From the NCBI RefSeq assembly GCF_964355755.1, contig NC_092672.1:19791237-19855236 (forward strand): 64,000 nt of DNA, in the 5' to 3' direction. The translations under genes and the position numbers were made by a program. The first letter of the stretch is position 1; each line of letters begins with the position of its first letter. Shown here one piece after another: positions 41,601 through 56,600 of this stretch. The notes under the pieces were generated by a model. That model was given only the letters and a program-made list of their open reading frames with translations. It was not told the DNA's origin and searched no databases. Source of the stretch: Antedon mediterranea (taxonomy: Eukaryota > Animalia > Echinodermata).

Positions 41601-44600
41601 TTATTTTTTTTGTAAAATGGTTGCATAATTAGTTATCCACACCTTGGAGGATAACTCCTTGTGATTGTGTAAAATGATCATCAACTTTTTTTATCTGTAT
41701 TATTCTTCTTTCATTCCACATTTCATAACTTCGTAAAGTTGTGCACCTACTATTTTTTTAAAAACGTCAGAGTTGCGCAACATGACTTTCGCCCGATTTT
41801 ATGAATTTAAATGATTGATCATATATCAAAAAACCAAACGTCATTTTGTATTGACACTTTTTTAATTTAAGTCATATCAAGAGTCAACTTTCTATGGATT
41901 AAAAATGGCATGTTTCACAAAGTTACGCGCACAAGATTTCTTACAACCAACACCTGCACTTGCTGTAACTTAATGCGTATTCTCGGTTTGTGAACTTAAT
42001 TCTCTTGAATTTTTCATTATAAACCTTTAAAGAATTGAAAAGTCAATTAAACCATATCTAATTTTATTTTAATGACTTACTGATTTTGATTTTAAATGCA
42101 TTATATCTACTAATACATGCTGATTGCCTTTTTAACCCTCTTTCACATTGACTATTCTTTTTATTGTACAAGTTACTAAATGTTTTAGTTTACTTAATTC
42201 ACTTCCCACAACCTTAATCAATAATCACCTTGACAAATTTCAATATAATTTTACCTCCTGGTTCATCTTGTTTTTCATCACTGTTTTATGTATGTTTACG
42301 TTTTTTCCCCTTGTACTCTATACGCACAAACATACTTTGCCTATTATATTATTCTTAATGTATATATAGTATAAGCCCATGGAGTAAGTTATAATTCTTC
42401 CGTAAGCTTCCTATTACATGTAAAAATAATAAAAGCATCACATTTTGTATCTTATTTGTTTTGTGTATTTCAGCTATTTTTTTGTACTGTACGGTAATTA
42501 TTAATTTAAATAATAATATTTATTATTTGCATATCTACGGATGTACCATCATTTTCAAAATTCTTTTCAATTCAATATGTTCTATCAATACTTTTGAATT
42601 CATAAATAAAGTGTATTTGCTTTTTGAACTTCAGATTAAGGATGATACCTAAAACTTACAAGTGTGTTTAAAATATACAGTAGTGTAAAATATTTTGTAT
42701 TTATTTTTGTTACAATGAATGTTACTGACCGCAAACACTCATGCATAGCCTACTTATAATAAGCATTTAGCCTACCAGACGTATATGTTGAACTTTCTTT
42801 CAATCCTTTGTATATCAATGGATTTAAAACATAGAAAATGAGACTTCAATTGCAACTCTTGCATATAAGTTTAACTACGTCAACATCGGTGAGGTTGAAA
42901 TCTGTTTGTCAGTGGGTCTCACACCCAGCAAATACGGGTACAGGTGCTAGTAATTTATATGATCAGATCATTTGATATCTGCTGCTTTAAAGTAAAGTTT
43001 GATTTTATGTGATCACATCATTTCTCTATTATCATTTGATTTATAATTTTAGTTGTAATTTTGTTGTTGTTGTTGTGGTTTATATTTGTGAAACTAAACA
43101 AGATGAACGGATTAAAGAATAAAACATCTTACAATGTTTCTATATTGTGTAGTGAAGATAAACTCCTTTCAGTTCAATATTATAGAAACTATTTTTATCA
43201 AGAAAGAGACCATGCCCCGCTTTAAAAAAAGATGCGGTTATGTTGGGGAAAGAGAAAGAGCTTTCATAATGTATGAAGCTCATCTAAAAACACTGTTTTC
43301 ATCTAAAAACACTGTTTTCATCAAGATCAAATATGCATAAGTTAGAACTCAGAATTAGAATGCTCAGGATATTAATGAGTATCACTGAAATATTTATTAA
43401 TAAATACAAATGTTGTTGAATTGTGTTATCTTAATGTCTACTACCAACCTTCATTCAAAATCAATTATTTTTTTAGGTAGATCAAGATCAAATATAGTTC
43501 TGACTTGTTAATGGTCACATGACAGTATAGTTTATTGGGCTTGCCAGTGATAATGACAAAATATTTATTATTTTGGTCTACTATTACAGTAACACTTTTT
43601 ATCAATTAATGATACTGTATAACATATCAGTGCAACGTCCACTATTGTATTTAAAAAAATGAACAAAAATATGTATACTGTTCATTTTTTTGTTTTTTGT
43701 TTAAATTGGAACTGAGAAAGCATATATTCCTGATCTAAAATTATTTTCACTTCGGGATATTTTTGTAAATTATAATTTTAATAAAAAAAATCATAAAAAA
43801 AAAAACAACATTGTATGTCTGAACATAGTATAAATATGCACATGGTATAAATATATAATTTGTAAAATGTGTCAGAGGTCGTACATTTACAAAAGTTAGT
43901 TAGTTTGTCAGTTTTTATGTCTGCTATAAAAGAGTTAGGAATAAAATTGTCATGTGACAGAATACCAATGTAACATTTTTTCTTTAATCAGTATTTTAAA
44001 ACCTGATGATTATGACCTCTTTCCAGGATGGAGACACTCCACTACATGCACATCTGGCTCATAGATATAATGATCTTACATTAGAAATGGTGACCTGTCT
44101 CATAAATAAGGGGGCGTCAGTGACATCACAAAATAAGGTAATATATATCTATACAGTATATAAATTTACGTAAGGGCAAAATTCGGTAAATCGCACCTTA
44201 CTTTTATAATTTTTACTTGATGGTATATAAAGTTGGTTTGTACTTTCGGTACTGATTTTAACCACCTGATGTAACCCTGTTTACTAATTAAATTAAGTTA
44301 GATAATTAGTTATTGACGATTAAAACGAATTTAGGTTCAACGATTTGCCCCAAATAGGGGTGTTATCCGATCGTGGTATACACTGTCTAATGGATGTCCA
44401 TCTTGAAAAATACCCGCCACAAAAATGCGAGGAGGCTTCGCATTTTCCTATCTCCTCCTACGATAATTGTTTTTAATAGCTGAAAACCGGTTGAACAGCT
44501 TGAGTACAGTATCATAATGTTGAAGACAGGCCGATTTTTTTAAAAAAATACTATTTTGATAGATTTAATATACGTTTATGCAAATGTATTGATTTGAAAT

Positions 44601-47600
44601 GAATGGAACATTCCAATCTCTGTTCCACAAGTGTCTATTCCCTCAGGCGTCGTAAAGGCAAGTACTGTATTCCCATAACAGAAATTCGATCCATTTTTTT
44701 TTCAATCTGTGCTGCAAAGGTTGGATATAGATTTTTTTTAACGGATAATGAGCTAGCGTTTTCAGTCGCCGTATATTATGTACAAATCTTTATTATTGCG
44801 GTTAAACCCCCCACGTGACATCATCACCTTTCCCTCACTGGCATGAGTAGCGTTGTAAAGCCAGTAGAAGATAGGCCTACGGTGCATCACATGCCCTAAA
44901 CGCAGAACAACTTTGGTGGGTAGGGTTAGGAACCAACTTAAGTATGAATTGGCGCTAAGAAACAATTGAAAACCATTAGGCCTACTAATTAACTTGAGTT
45001 AGATAATTTAATATTATTGACGATTAAATTGAATTTATGATTTACCACGAATAGGGGTGGTTTTCACAAATTGTTTTACATTATATAAACATATTATACA
45101 CGTCGTAGTGATGTATCGTTACATGTAGGGGCTACTGTACTATTTCAATCGACTAGGACGGTGATAGTTTCAACAAAGTATTACATCGCAATGTTTTACT
45201 GTGTTTAGTGGTATATTATTTGTAAAACATGAAAACAATTAATATTTCGTTACTACATGGATAAAGAATATATTAAAAAATTATTCCTCTTTGCACCCAT
45301 CCTCTTTCCCATCCCTCAACCCTAATGTTACATACAAAACACAAATTAAGTTTGTTTAAATTTGACTTAAACAATTGGTCTCATTTTGTGACAAGTTTCT
45401 CTTTCGGAAGTAATAGGGTGCTAATTTTAGTTGAGTACATAAATCACAGTGTCTATTTATTCGTTCCTGTAAACGACATGTATTATTGTCCTGTGGTACG
45501 TACATTTGAAATCGCCAGTTTTTTAACGCTGAAATTATTATGTATTCGAGAACCATCTGTGGGCACGACCTAGATGGTACGCGAGCGAAGCGAGCGTACC
45601 ATCTAGTACAGACAATTTCAGTAATACTGTATGGCAACAATCTTTCACCTACTCTAGTAAATTATTCTATTCTTTTTTTTTCTTTTTTTATATCTGGTTC
45701 ATCATATAATTAATAATAATAGTTATTTTTATTATTAAATTGTGTGATTTTTGGTAGACCTATTTAAAAAACCATTCCTTCAAAGATGACAATATCTAAT
45801 ATCACAGCGATTTTAAACTGATAGGAAGATTGTGGGTTGTATAATTTATGCTGAGATTGGACCTATCGGATATTTTGACATCATGAAGTAATGGTAGTGG
45901 GTAGAGATCATGTGCCCGTCCACACCCACCCATGCTTCATATAACTTATTTAATAAGGGCGTTTAATCCTATAACTTATGCTTTATTATTATACTCTGTA
46001 GCCATCTCTATTTCAATATTGATCTACGCATGCGCACAGCTCGAATCTCAATTGAATGAAAGAAAGAATATTTTCCATAATTTGTTATCCAATGAACCAT
46101 ATAATATTCTAACTTTGCTCAATTTTGTCCCAATTCAATCTGTTTCATAAGTAAATGTTATTTTTTTAACAGATGTCAGGATTATTCTCAATTTGTAATT
46201 CAATCTAGAAATTGAAATTGAAATCTGAATCATTCAGTTAAATAACTTATAAAGAGCAGACCTCCCTACTATGCTGATAATGGCGAAACCAATTGTGAAT
46301 ATACAGAAAAAATATCCTGATATTTCTAATCCCTATTAAGACTCTCGATAAGAAGAAAAAGAAAATATGCTAAATATCCGCACAACGTTTGTAATAAATT
46401 CATGTATTGTTTAATAATTGAAATATTGTATTTTCCGCCATTTGGCATATTTACTATTTTAAATACCAAAACCTTTATATTTTTAGTAGCGTGTTTTATA
46501 GTCTAATGTCTAAACATAGGGTTTGCCACAAAAATTGTAATGCATGGACTATTAGTTTATGATATGTGAAAACATGGGTTTTTATATTTTATTTGCATTA
46601 AAGTGATTGTGTTGGAAATAGATTAACATCGTTACCATTTAAGATAGTTAAAACAAATTATTTTATCACATGTGAATTATGGAATTATTTTTAAGGATAA
46701 GATAAATACAGCATCACATTTTACATTTTTTTTTCTGTGCCTGCCATCACAGAAAACCAATTTCACATTTTTATCTGTAAATTAGCATTGTAAACTTGAT
46801 TATTATGATTTTTTTTACCACAGAATGGAAACAATCCACTACATGAATACCTGATTAATACCCCCAACCCTACTTCTGAAATAGTGAATTGTCTCATAAA
46901 GGTACAGTATTAACATTGCCAACTAAAATAATACAGACAATTGTAAGAAATAGCTTACAGAAACTAATGTTTAAGTATTTGAATAAAGAAAATAATTAAA
47001 GCTTAAAACCATGTTCTTAAAGAGGGTAAACCCTAGTATCAGTGAATTTATTATAATACAACCATATTTTTATGCCTGCCATAACACAGTAGGGAATTAA
47101 ATTGTCAGCAGGATATCACAGAACATCAATTTAACATTCTTTATTTAATCAGTATTTTTAAACCTATGATTATGATTTCTTTCCATGATGAAAACTAGGA
47201 CAATGCAATATTGGCATCGCAAAATAAGGTAAGGAACAGTTTTGTTTTTTTCTCTTTTGTGGCGCAAACACCACTTTTATTCACATTCATATTATCTCAT
47301 ATTACATAAAATCGTATTATTTAACTTGTAAATGTCGTTACAGTTCATAAGTAACATTTTTACATATATGAGTTCTGTATTACTCCTTTTTTCATTAATT
47401 TTCTTATATTTTGTTATACACTTGACAGGATCATCATTATCATCTATCCCGTTTTAAAATAGTTCACACATTTTCATTTGTTTGTTTTCATTTTCCAACC
47501 CGGATTATACAATATATTTATATACATGATAAAAAAAACAATAATAGCTCAGTACCACCAGTAACCCGTATCACTGTAATTCTTTTTCGGTTAATCGTAT

Positions 47601-50600
47601 CAAATTAAAAATTATATTATCATAATCTTATTTCTTAAAGCTACCCATTTTTCTATACTTGTTTCTTTATTGTTATATGTTTCACATTCAATGTTATATA
47701 ACATATTGCTTTTAAATGAATTCCATAAAGATTTACCCACTGGCTTATTTAGTGCAGATAACATTTTTATTCTATAAATAGTACATGCTGCAAAAGTGTA
47801 AATATAATCTATTAGCTTATCTCCCGTTCCTAGTATTAATTGTTTATATGATATATTATTGTGATTTAAACTTACAAAGATACTAAGCATTTTCCTCCAA
47901 TATTTCTGAATAAATCTACAACTAAAAAACAAATGATTTTCATTTTCAATTTCTCCACATTTGTCACACGTTTGTGTTTCCTTAACTTTCCACTGATACA
48001 GCCGTTTGTTGGTAGGCAGTATTCTATGTAACATCTTATTGAATTGTGCTAGTTTCTTATCTTTCATTTTACATACTTTCCGTAACCAAGAAGTTTTCCA
48101 ATCAATGTTGTTATCATTGAAGTACTCTTCCCATTTTAGTTGTGACATTGGAATAATGGAATATTCTTTCACAAACCATGAGTATATTAGTTTGGTAGTA
48201 TTAATCTCATACTTGGTCCCAACTAATTCATCATTATCATCACAATTGAAAATATCTACCTCCTTAATAATACGTTTCCATTGAATTGGTATTGCCTTAA
48301 TAATGCACAAATACTCATTTAACCAGTTTGTTTTACATTGTAGTTCCACGAGTATTTCGTTTGATGTTAAAAAAGTGTTCTTATTAACAATGTCTTCAAT
48401 ACTGATAATGCCACTGTCAATCCAATGCTTGTAGAAAAGCGATTTTTTTTTTAGTTTAACGTAGTGGTTTCCCCACAGTTGCTCATTCATTATATCGTTA
48501 TAAGTTTCAGGTTTTTTTTAGAGATTCTGTTATAATTTATGTACTTTTATCATATTTTTGTAAAACAGTGGAATTTTATCAGAATTAACATCAATAATGT
48601 TATAACATGCAATATTAAGTAAAACATTAACATCACATATTTTTTTAATATAATACATTGGAATATTTTTCCATTTAGCACCATCATCATTCATAATTCT
48701 TTTTAACCAGCCACACATGAGTGCATTAACACGAAGAGTAAAATCAGGCATTTTAATGCCTTCCATCTCAACATCACCAATTAGAGTTTTTCTTTTTATC
48801 TTTTCCCTTTTATTGTTCCAAATAAAATTATATATTAGATTTGTAACTTGTGTATATACATATTTTGGAACATCAGTGATATTTGGTAAGGAACAGTTGC
48901 AGAATTCTTTAGAACAATTATTTCTTTACATGTGATTGCTATATATATGGAATTATTTTAAAAGTTTGTGTCACAATACAGCATCACAGTTTACATTTTT
49001 TCTATATATGATACAGATACATAATATGATGCTGTAATATAATGTTTATCTAAAATATTTAACAAATTGTAGAATTACAAGAACAAACATGGTTTTCTCA
49101 GTTTAGTAATAACAACGAATTATGAATTGTTCTGATGTAATTGTTCTAATTAATGTGTGACTGATATTCAGTTACTGGTATTTGAGTTCTAAATCTCTTT
49201 TTCTCACTCTTACTCAATATTCCTACATACATTCACTTAATACATTTCCTAAGGTTCAACAACACCAAAGCACACCCTATAGTATTAGTGAATATAATGC
49301 AGGAATCTGTAATCAATATTTGTTTACTTCATGTAAACGTTTGATTTCATTCTTCTATTTGTCAGACTTTTTTAGTATTTTGCATTCGTTATTATAACGT
49401 TTTTTCTGTGTCTTTATGTAACGTAATTCTTATAAACTGCAATGTTAAAAAACAATGTTTTAAAATCGTTTCGAAAATATGATCACAACTGTTCTGAAAA
49501 TTGGTAATTATTTCGTTATATATAACGTTCTGTAAACGTTTTCATGCAACATTGTTCGAATATATAATTTATTTCTACACAGAAACGTTTTAGAAAAACC
49601 AAACCTTAAAAAACCCAAATGCAAACGTTTCGATTACGTTTACAAACGTTCTGTGTTTGCTGAGATGTAGCTGGGGTCCCGTTAGGCATTTGAAATCAGC
49701 ATTGCTGACTCTTATGGCAGCCATTGCATCTAGTATCTGCCTCAGACGTATTGGCCTATGCCTTTCTTCTGGTCAAGGAGGTCACGTCTGGACGTGAGAA
49801 GCCCTTGATCAATGTTAGGACCAATCAATGTGCTTCAAACAGTCCTGGCTGTGTTTGTATCAAACCTGTTAGGGGCGGTAATTATCGCTGTTGGTTTCGA
49901 TTGAATAAAATAAAATAATAACCAAACAAATAAAGCAAACCATCTTCCCAAAGATGACAATAATTAAACATTAGTGTTTGTGTTGGAAAGATGTTAAATA
50001 TTTACTTTTTTAAGATAGTTAAACAAATTATTTTATCACATGTGAATTATGGAATTATTTTGAAGGATAGGATAAATACAGCATCACATTTTACATTTTT
50101 TTTCTGTGCCTGCCATCATAGAAAACCAATTTCACATTTTTATCTGTAAATTAGCATTGTAAACTTGATTATATGATTGTTTTTTCAACAGAATGGAAAC
50201 AATCCACTACATGAATACCTGATTACAACCCCCAATCCTACTTCTGAAATAGTGAATTGTCTCATAAAGGTACAGTATTAACATTTCCAACTAAGGTGAT
50301 ACAGACAATTGTAAGAAATAGCTTACATAAACTAATGTTTAAGTATTTGAATAAAGAAAATAATTAAAGCTTAAAACCATGTTCCTAAAGAGGGTAAGCT
50401 AGTGCTACAAGCATACCCTAGTATCAGTGAATTTATTATAAAACAACCATCTTTAAAGAGGGTAAGCTAGTGCTACCCTAGTATCAGTGAATTTATTATA
50501 AAACAACCATCTTAAAGAGAGTAAAGCTGGTGCTACAAGCATACCCTAGACTAGTATCAGTGAATTTATTATAATAGAACCATATTTTTATGCCTGCCAT

Positions 50601-53600
50601 AACACAGTTGGGAATTAAATTGTCAGCAGGATGTAACAGAACATCAATTTAACATTTTTTATTTAATCAGTATTTTTAAACCTATGATTATGATTTCTTT
50701 CCATGATGAAAACAAGGACAATGCAATATTGGCATCGCAAAATAAGGTAAGGTACAGTTGCAGGATTCTTTAGAACAATTATTTCTTTACATGTGATTTC
50801 TATATATTATATGGAAATATTTTAAAAGTTTGTGTCACAATACAGCATCACAGTTTACATTTTTCCTATAATTATTTGATACAGATACATAATATGATGC
50901 TGTAATATAATTGTTATCTATAATGTCTAACAAATTGTAGAATTACAAGAACAAACATGGTTTTCTCAGTTTAGTAATGACAACAAAGTATTAATTGTTC
51001 TGATATAATTGTTCTAATTAATGTGTGACTGATATTCAGTTACTGGTATTTCAGTTCTTAATCTCTTTTTCTCACTCTTACTCAATATTCCTACATACAT
51101 TCACTTAATACATTTCCTAAGGTTCAACAACACCAAAGCACACCCTATAGTATTAGTGAATATAATGCAGGAATCTGTAATCAATATTTGTATACTTCAT
51201 GATTATTATCTCTTTCCAGGAAGGAAACACTGCACTGCATATATATCTGAGTCGTGGATATAATGAACCTACATTAGAAATTGTGACTTGTCTCATAAAA
51301 AATTGTTCATTAACAATATTGCAAAATAAGGTAATCTACAGAAAATTATTAGGAATGTTGCTGTTCTATTTTGTTGAAGAAATATTAGCGTTTGCTAATA
51401 TTAAGTAATTATAACATCAGTATTAATTTCAATTAACACAAAATATCTGTTTATTTAACAAGAAAAACACTAATATACCAAATAGGTTGTCCCATCAATA
51501 ATTATCTATCTGTCAGAAAACCTATCTCATCATTTTCAAACCTATCTCATCATTTTCATGTTCTTTGTCAATAATAGGATTCTTTGCAATATTTTAGATC
51601 TTTTATTTTGTATTAATTGTAGTAGAATACATTGACTTCCATGATCTACAATTTACCAAGCATTTTGATATAATTTTTACTTATTATTTTTACTTTTTGA
51701 TATTGATTATTTACTAGCAGTAACCCGTGTTCGACACAGTCTTTTCCTGCCTTAATATGTGCTTATACTTTGCATGGGCAAGTATAATAAAAGTGCACTC
51801 TGATAAAAGTACCTTCAAGAATAAAATTTGGAACTACTGTATTTACGGACATTCATTTTGTTATATACTATCCTTCACTATGAAATATCTGTAAGCTAAA
51901 AAATGAAAGCAATACTGGATATGGAACTTTAGACTTTATTTTTGACTGTTCAGACTTTACGAAAGACGCTAAAAAAATCTGCTTGTGTAGATGATGCACG
52001 CAAATAATATATAACGAAAGTATAAAATGGGTGTTTTTCGGGTGTTTAATTATTTGATACATATAAATACAACAAAAAAGTGGACAAAAATCGAAATAAA
52101 AACACATTGGTGCAGAATCACGAATTGTTAAGTTGTTTTCATGTTCAACAATATATCAAACCATTTGGAATAAGTTTTTGTTTAATAATAATAATAGTTC
52201 ATTCTTATATAGCGCATATAAGCATGCTCTCAATGCGCTGAGCATTATTACCCCAGTCATTTTTAGGATCAAACACGTATGGAAACATGCTTCCATAATG
52301 CAGCTACATCAGCGCAAAGTTGTGTCTTTTGATCTAATCGGGTACCCATACACCTTGGTGGAGAGAGGCAAACGTAAGTAAAGTATCTTGCCTACGGATA
52401 CAAGCAATGCGGCGAGAGTGTGTGTGTCTTCATTTACATTTTATAATTTTTTCAATGGTTTTGATATTTTTCAAATTTTTTTGTGTGGGAGATTTGTTAC
52501 CTATTGGCACTTCTGTAATTAAATTGTGATCTAGCAGTAACCCATGCCGCGCCCCACACGCAGTCTTGTTTGCCTTAATAATAATTTGCATGGTATGATT
52601 AAGTATAATAAAAGCGCACTCTTCCCGGCCCCTGACAAATTATTTTTTATTTAAACAAACAAATTGTCAAGAATAAAATTCGGAACTACTTACGTCCATT
52701 GATTTTGTTATACACGAAGTATTGTAAAACCAGAAACTTTCGTGAGCATTAGACTTATTAAACAAATTTCGCGAGTGATTGAAATTCGTGAAAGCTTCAT
52801 GCCGCAAATAAGGAAGTATTGAGTACGCAAAATTCAGTAGGAAGCATATTCCAGTACACGCACGGCTATATACTGATAGCGATAGTTGTTTGTTCATCGC
52901 GTAGGCCTACTGTCGGTAAACACAAAGGACATCACATGCTTGTATCTTTGCGTAACCTTTTATAGCCTACACTTAGGTTGATCGTAGGTCATACGATGTG
53001 TTGTTATGATAATTATCTACTCGTCCATCATAAGGTGGTTCGTAGGGTTAGTAACCACCATTGTCATTGCCTTTAGAAGCATGGACAATGCAAAAAGTAA
53101 ATTATTAATTAAAATCCTATCTAAAGCTAGAAGACGTCAATTTTTTTAGCCGCCCTACGCATCGGTTATCCTAATTTGGCTGAAAATCAGTTGGCCTCAG
53201 TTCACGCAGGGTATGAGGCTAGCCTAGTTTCAGCGGTCTACACTATAAATTATTTAATCCTACCTTGGGTTAGCGAATTATAAAAACGACACCTACTGTA
53301 GGCTAGGGAGGATACCAACAAAATATAACATAGGCCTTTTAAATTATTATTATGATGTGTGTAAAGAAAAAGGCTAGAATTTGGCGTGGAAACAACGTGA
53401 GTAGTGAGAACAGTTTAGTATAAGGGTAGGTTCAGACTCATGGCGTTAAAATAGCGTTATCTATGCAAGGCGTACAGTAATTCGTGGCGTTAAAAGCCAA
53501 GGTGTTCAGACACAACGATCAACATTCCAATGCCTTACGTTTAAAACACTCCGATCAGGTCAAAGTAGATAGAACTAGAAAGCCACTCGGAGAGTGCATA

Positions 53601-56600
53601 CCTCCGCCTACTGTAAAATTCTCCTACTTAAGATTTCTCCGGGAAAAGATATAATATATTATATTTGTGTTTGTCTTAATGCTGTTTGTGATTTAGGCTA
53701 ATTTCATTTCAAGCATGTGTATGCGAGTTTGGTGTAATGGTTATGTAACAAGCCTTTAAATTAACAATAGCTTCAGTTGACTAACAATAGAACAGTAACG
53801 CAAAAATCAAACGAGTGAATTTGAAAATAAATTGGTTTTACTACTCGCATCAAAAAGGTGCACATTAAATCAAATTATGTTTTAAATTTACAAATCACAA
53901 ATTATAACTCTTGCCTCTTGTACAAAAATGAAGTTTTTTGGACAAGTAGTTCTCGAGAAAATGCAATTTCAGCTACTTGTTACTTTAAGACTGCTCGCCG
54001 GCTTTTGAAAAAATTCTTGCTTTAGGTATTAGTTTTAACATGATTCAAATCCAGATGGGGTTTATAATTGGTTTAAATAATTTGTAATACAAACAAACTC
54101 CGTCATTGCAACAATGATCTTTCTAAAATCAAGATTAACCAGGAGTTGAGGAGTGTCTTGTCTGTCTTGTGCTGATTTTCAGCGCCCCTGCCTTAACCCA
54201 TGGAGTAAGCTTAACCACTCGACCAGGCGACTAATATTTTGGTCCATATCAAAGAATATGTCCATGTTAAAAGAAGACAGAATGCATACTATTTAATATA
54301 TCGTACGGAAGATAAGTTTTTGTGACATGACAAATATTTATCAATTTTACTGAAAATCAATAGGCATGTTCTGTAAGTATACCCCTATGTAAAAGGAAGG
54401 ACACACGCTGGTACTAACAATAGATTAATTTGAATAACAATAGAACAGCAACGCGAAAAACAATGGATTTGAAAAGAAATAGGTTTTTTAAAACTACTCG
54501 TATTAAAAAACCTGTACCTTAAATCAAATTATGTTTTGAAAATTACAAATCACAATTTATAACTCTTGCCTCTTGTACAAAAATTATGTTTTTGGACTAG
54601 TAGTTCTCGAGAAAATGCAATTTCAGTAAACTTGTTATTTTAAGACTGCTCGCTGACTTTTGAAAATTGTCTCCTATCTTTTAACACTAGCCGGTGTGAA
54701 AATAATATCATTTTTGTTATTCGTGAAGTTATTAATAGACCAATTTTGTTGATTTTCAATAGGTATGGTCTAAAAGTATATACCTATCTACACCCACAGA
54801 TTCAGAATGATAACTTGAAAACGGTAGGCGCTATCGTGCTAACAAACAAACAAACATACATACAAACAAACATACAAACAAACATACATACATACATACA
54901 AACATACATACATAACAAAGTAAATACTATACTTGGCAACATTTTTTTTTGCCAAGTAACAAACACACGCGATTGGTTACATATACCTACGAAAGCCCAT
55001 TAATGCCATTTTAAGTATATGTTTTTCGAACGTAATCCGTTCTAACGAATTAGTAATTCGTTTGAACGGATTAATAATCTGTTCAAACGAATTAGTAATC
55101 CGTTCAAACGAATTGCAACATATACAACAAGTGTCATTTAAAGTATATGTTGTAATTCGTTTAAACGGATTACTAATCCGTTCAAACGAATTACAAATTT
55201 GTTTAAACGGATTACTAATTTGTTCAAACGAATTACTAATTCGTTCAAACGAATTACTAATTTGTTTAAACGGATTACTAATTTGTTTAACGAATTACTA
55301 ATTCGTTCAAACGAATTAGTAATCCGTTTAAACAAATTAATAATTTGTTTAAACAAATTAATAATTTGTTTAAACGGATTACTAATCTGTTTGAACGAAT
55401 TAGTAATTCGTTTGAACGAATTAGTAATTCGTTTGAACGAATTAGTAATCCGTTTAAACAAATTAGTAATTTGTTTAAACAAATTAATAATTTGTTTAAA
55501 CGGATTAATAATTCGTTTAAACGATTAGTAATTCGTTTAAACAGATTAGTAATCCGTTTAAACAAATTACTAATCCGTTTGAACGGATTCCTAATTCGTT
55601 TGAACAGATTATTAATCTGTTTAAACAAATAAGTAATTCGTTTGAACGGATTAGTAATCTGTTCAAACGAATTAGTAATCCGTTCAAACCAATTGCAACA
55701 TATACAACAAGTGCCATTTAAAGAATATGTTGTAATTCGTTTCAACGGATTACTAATCTGTTCAAACGAATTACTAATTTGTTTAAACAGATTAATAATC
55801 TGTTAAAACGAATTAGGAATCCGTTCAAACGGATTAGTAATTTGTTTAAACGGATTACTAATTTGTTCAAACGAATTACTAATTCGTTCTAACGAATTAG
55901 TAATCCGTTTGAACAAATTATTAATTTGTTTAAACAAATTATTAATTTGTTTAAACAAATTATTAATTCGTTTAAACGGATTACTAATTCGTTTGAATGA
56001 ATTAGTAATTCGTTTGAACGGATTACTAATCCGTTTAAACAAATTAGTAATTCGTTTGAACGAATTAGTAATCCGTTTAAACAAATTAGTAATTCGTTTG
56101 AACGAATTAGTAATCCGTTTAAACAAATTAATAATTTGTTCAAACGGATTACTAATTCGTTAGAACGAATTAGTAATTCGTTTGAACAAATTAGTAATCC
56201 GTTTAAACAAATTACTAATCCGTTTGAACGGATTCCTAATTCGTTTTAACAGATTATTAATCTGTTTAAACAAATTAGTAATTCGTTTGAACAAATTAGT
56301 AATCCGTTCAAACGAATTACAACATATTCTTTAAATGGCACTTGTTGTATATGTTGCAATTGGTTTGAACGGATTACTAATACGTTTGAACAGATTACTA
56401 ATCCGTTCAAACGAATTACTAATTTGTTTAAACAGATTAATAATCTGTTCAAACGAATTAGGAATCCGTCTACTAATTTGTTTAAAAAAATTAATAATTT
56501 GTTTAAACGGATTACTAATTCGTTCAAACGAATTACTAATTTGTTCAAACAGATTAATAATCCGTTTAAACAAATTATTAATTTGTTTAAACAAATTACT

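Larger units (their letters stand above)
46600..51200 (+). repeat. Tandem duplication of an exon-containing unit (unit 1 ~46600-49332 including a LINE; unit 2 ~49970-51200)
   Basis: Introns and exons are collinear and near-identical. Unit 1 breaks off at tacttcat just before the acceptor equivalent to 51220. Confidence 0.9.
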
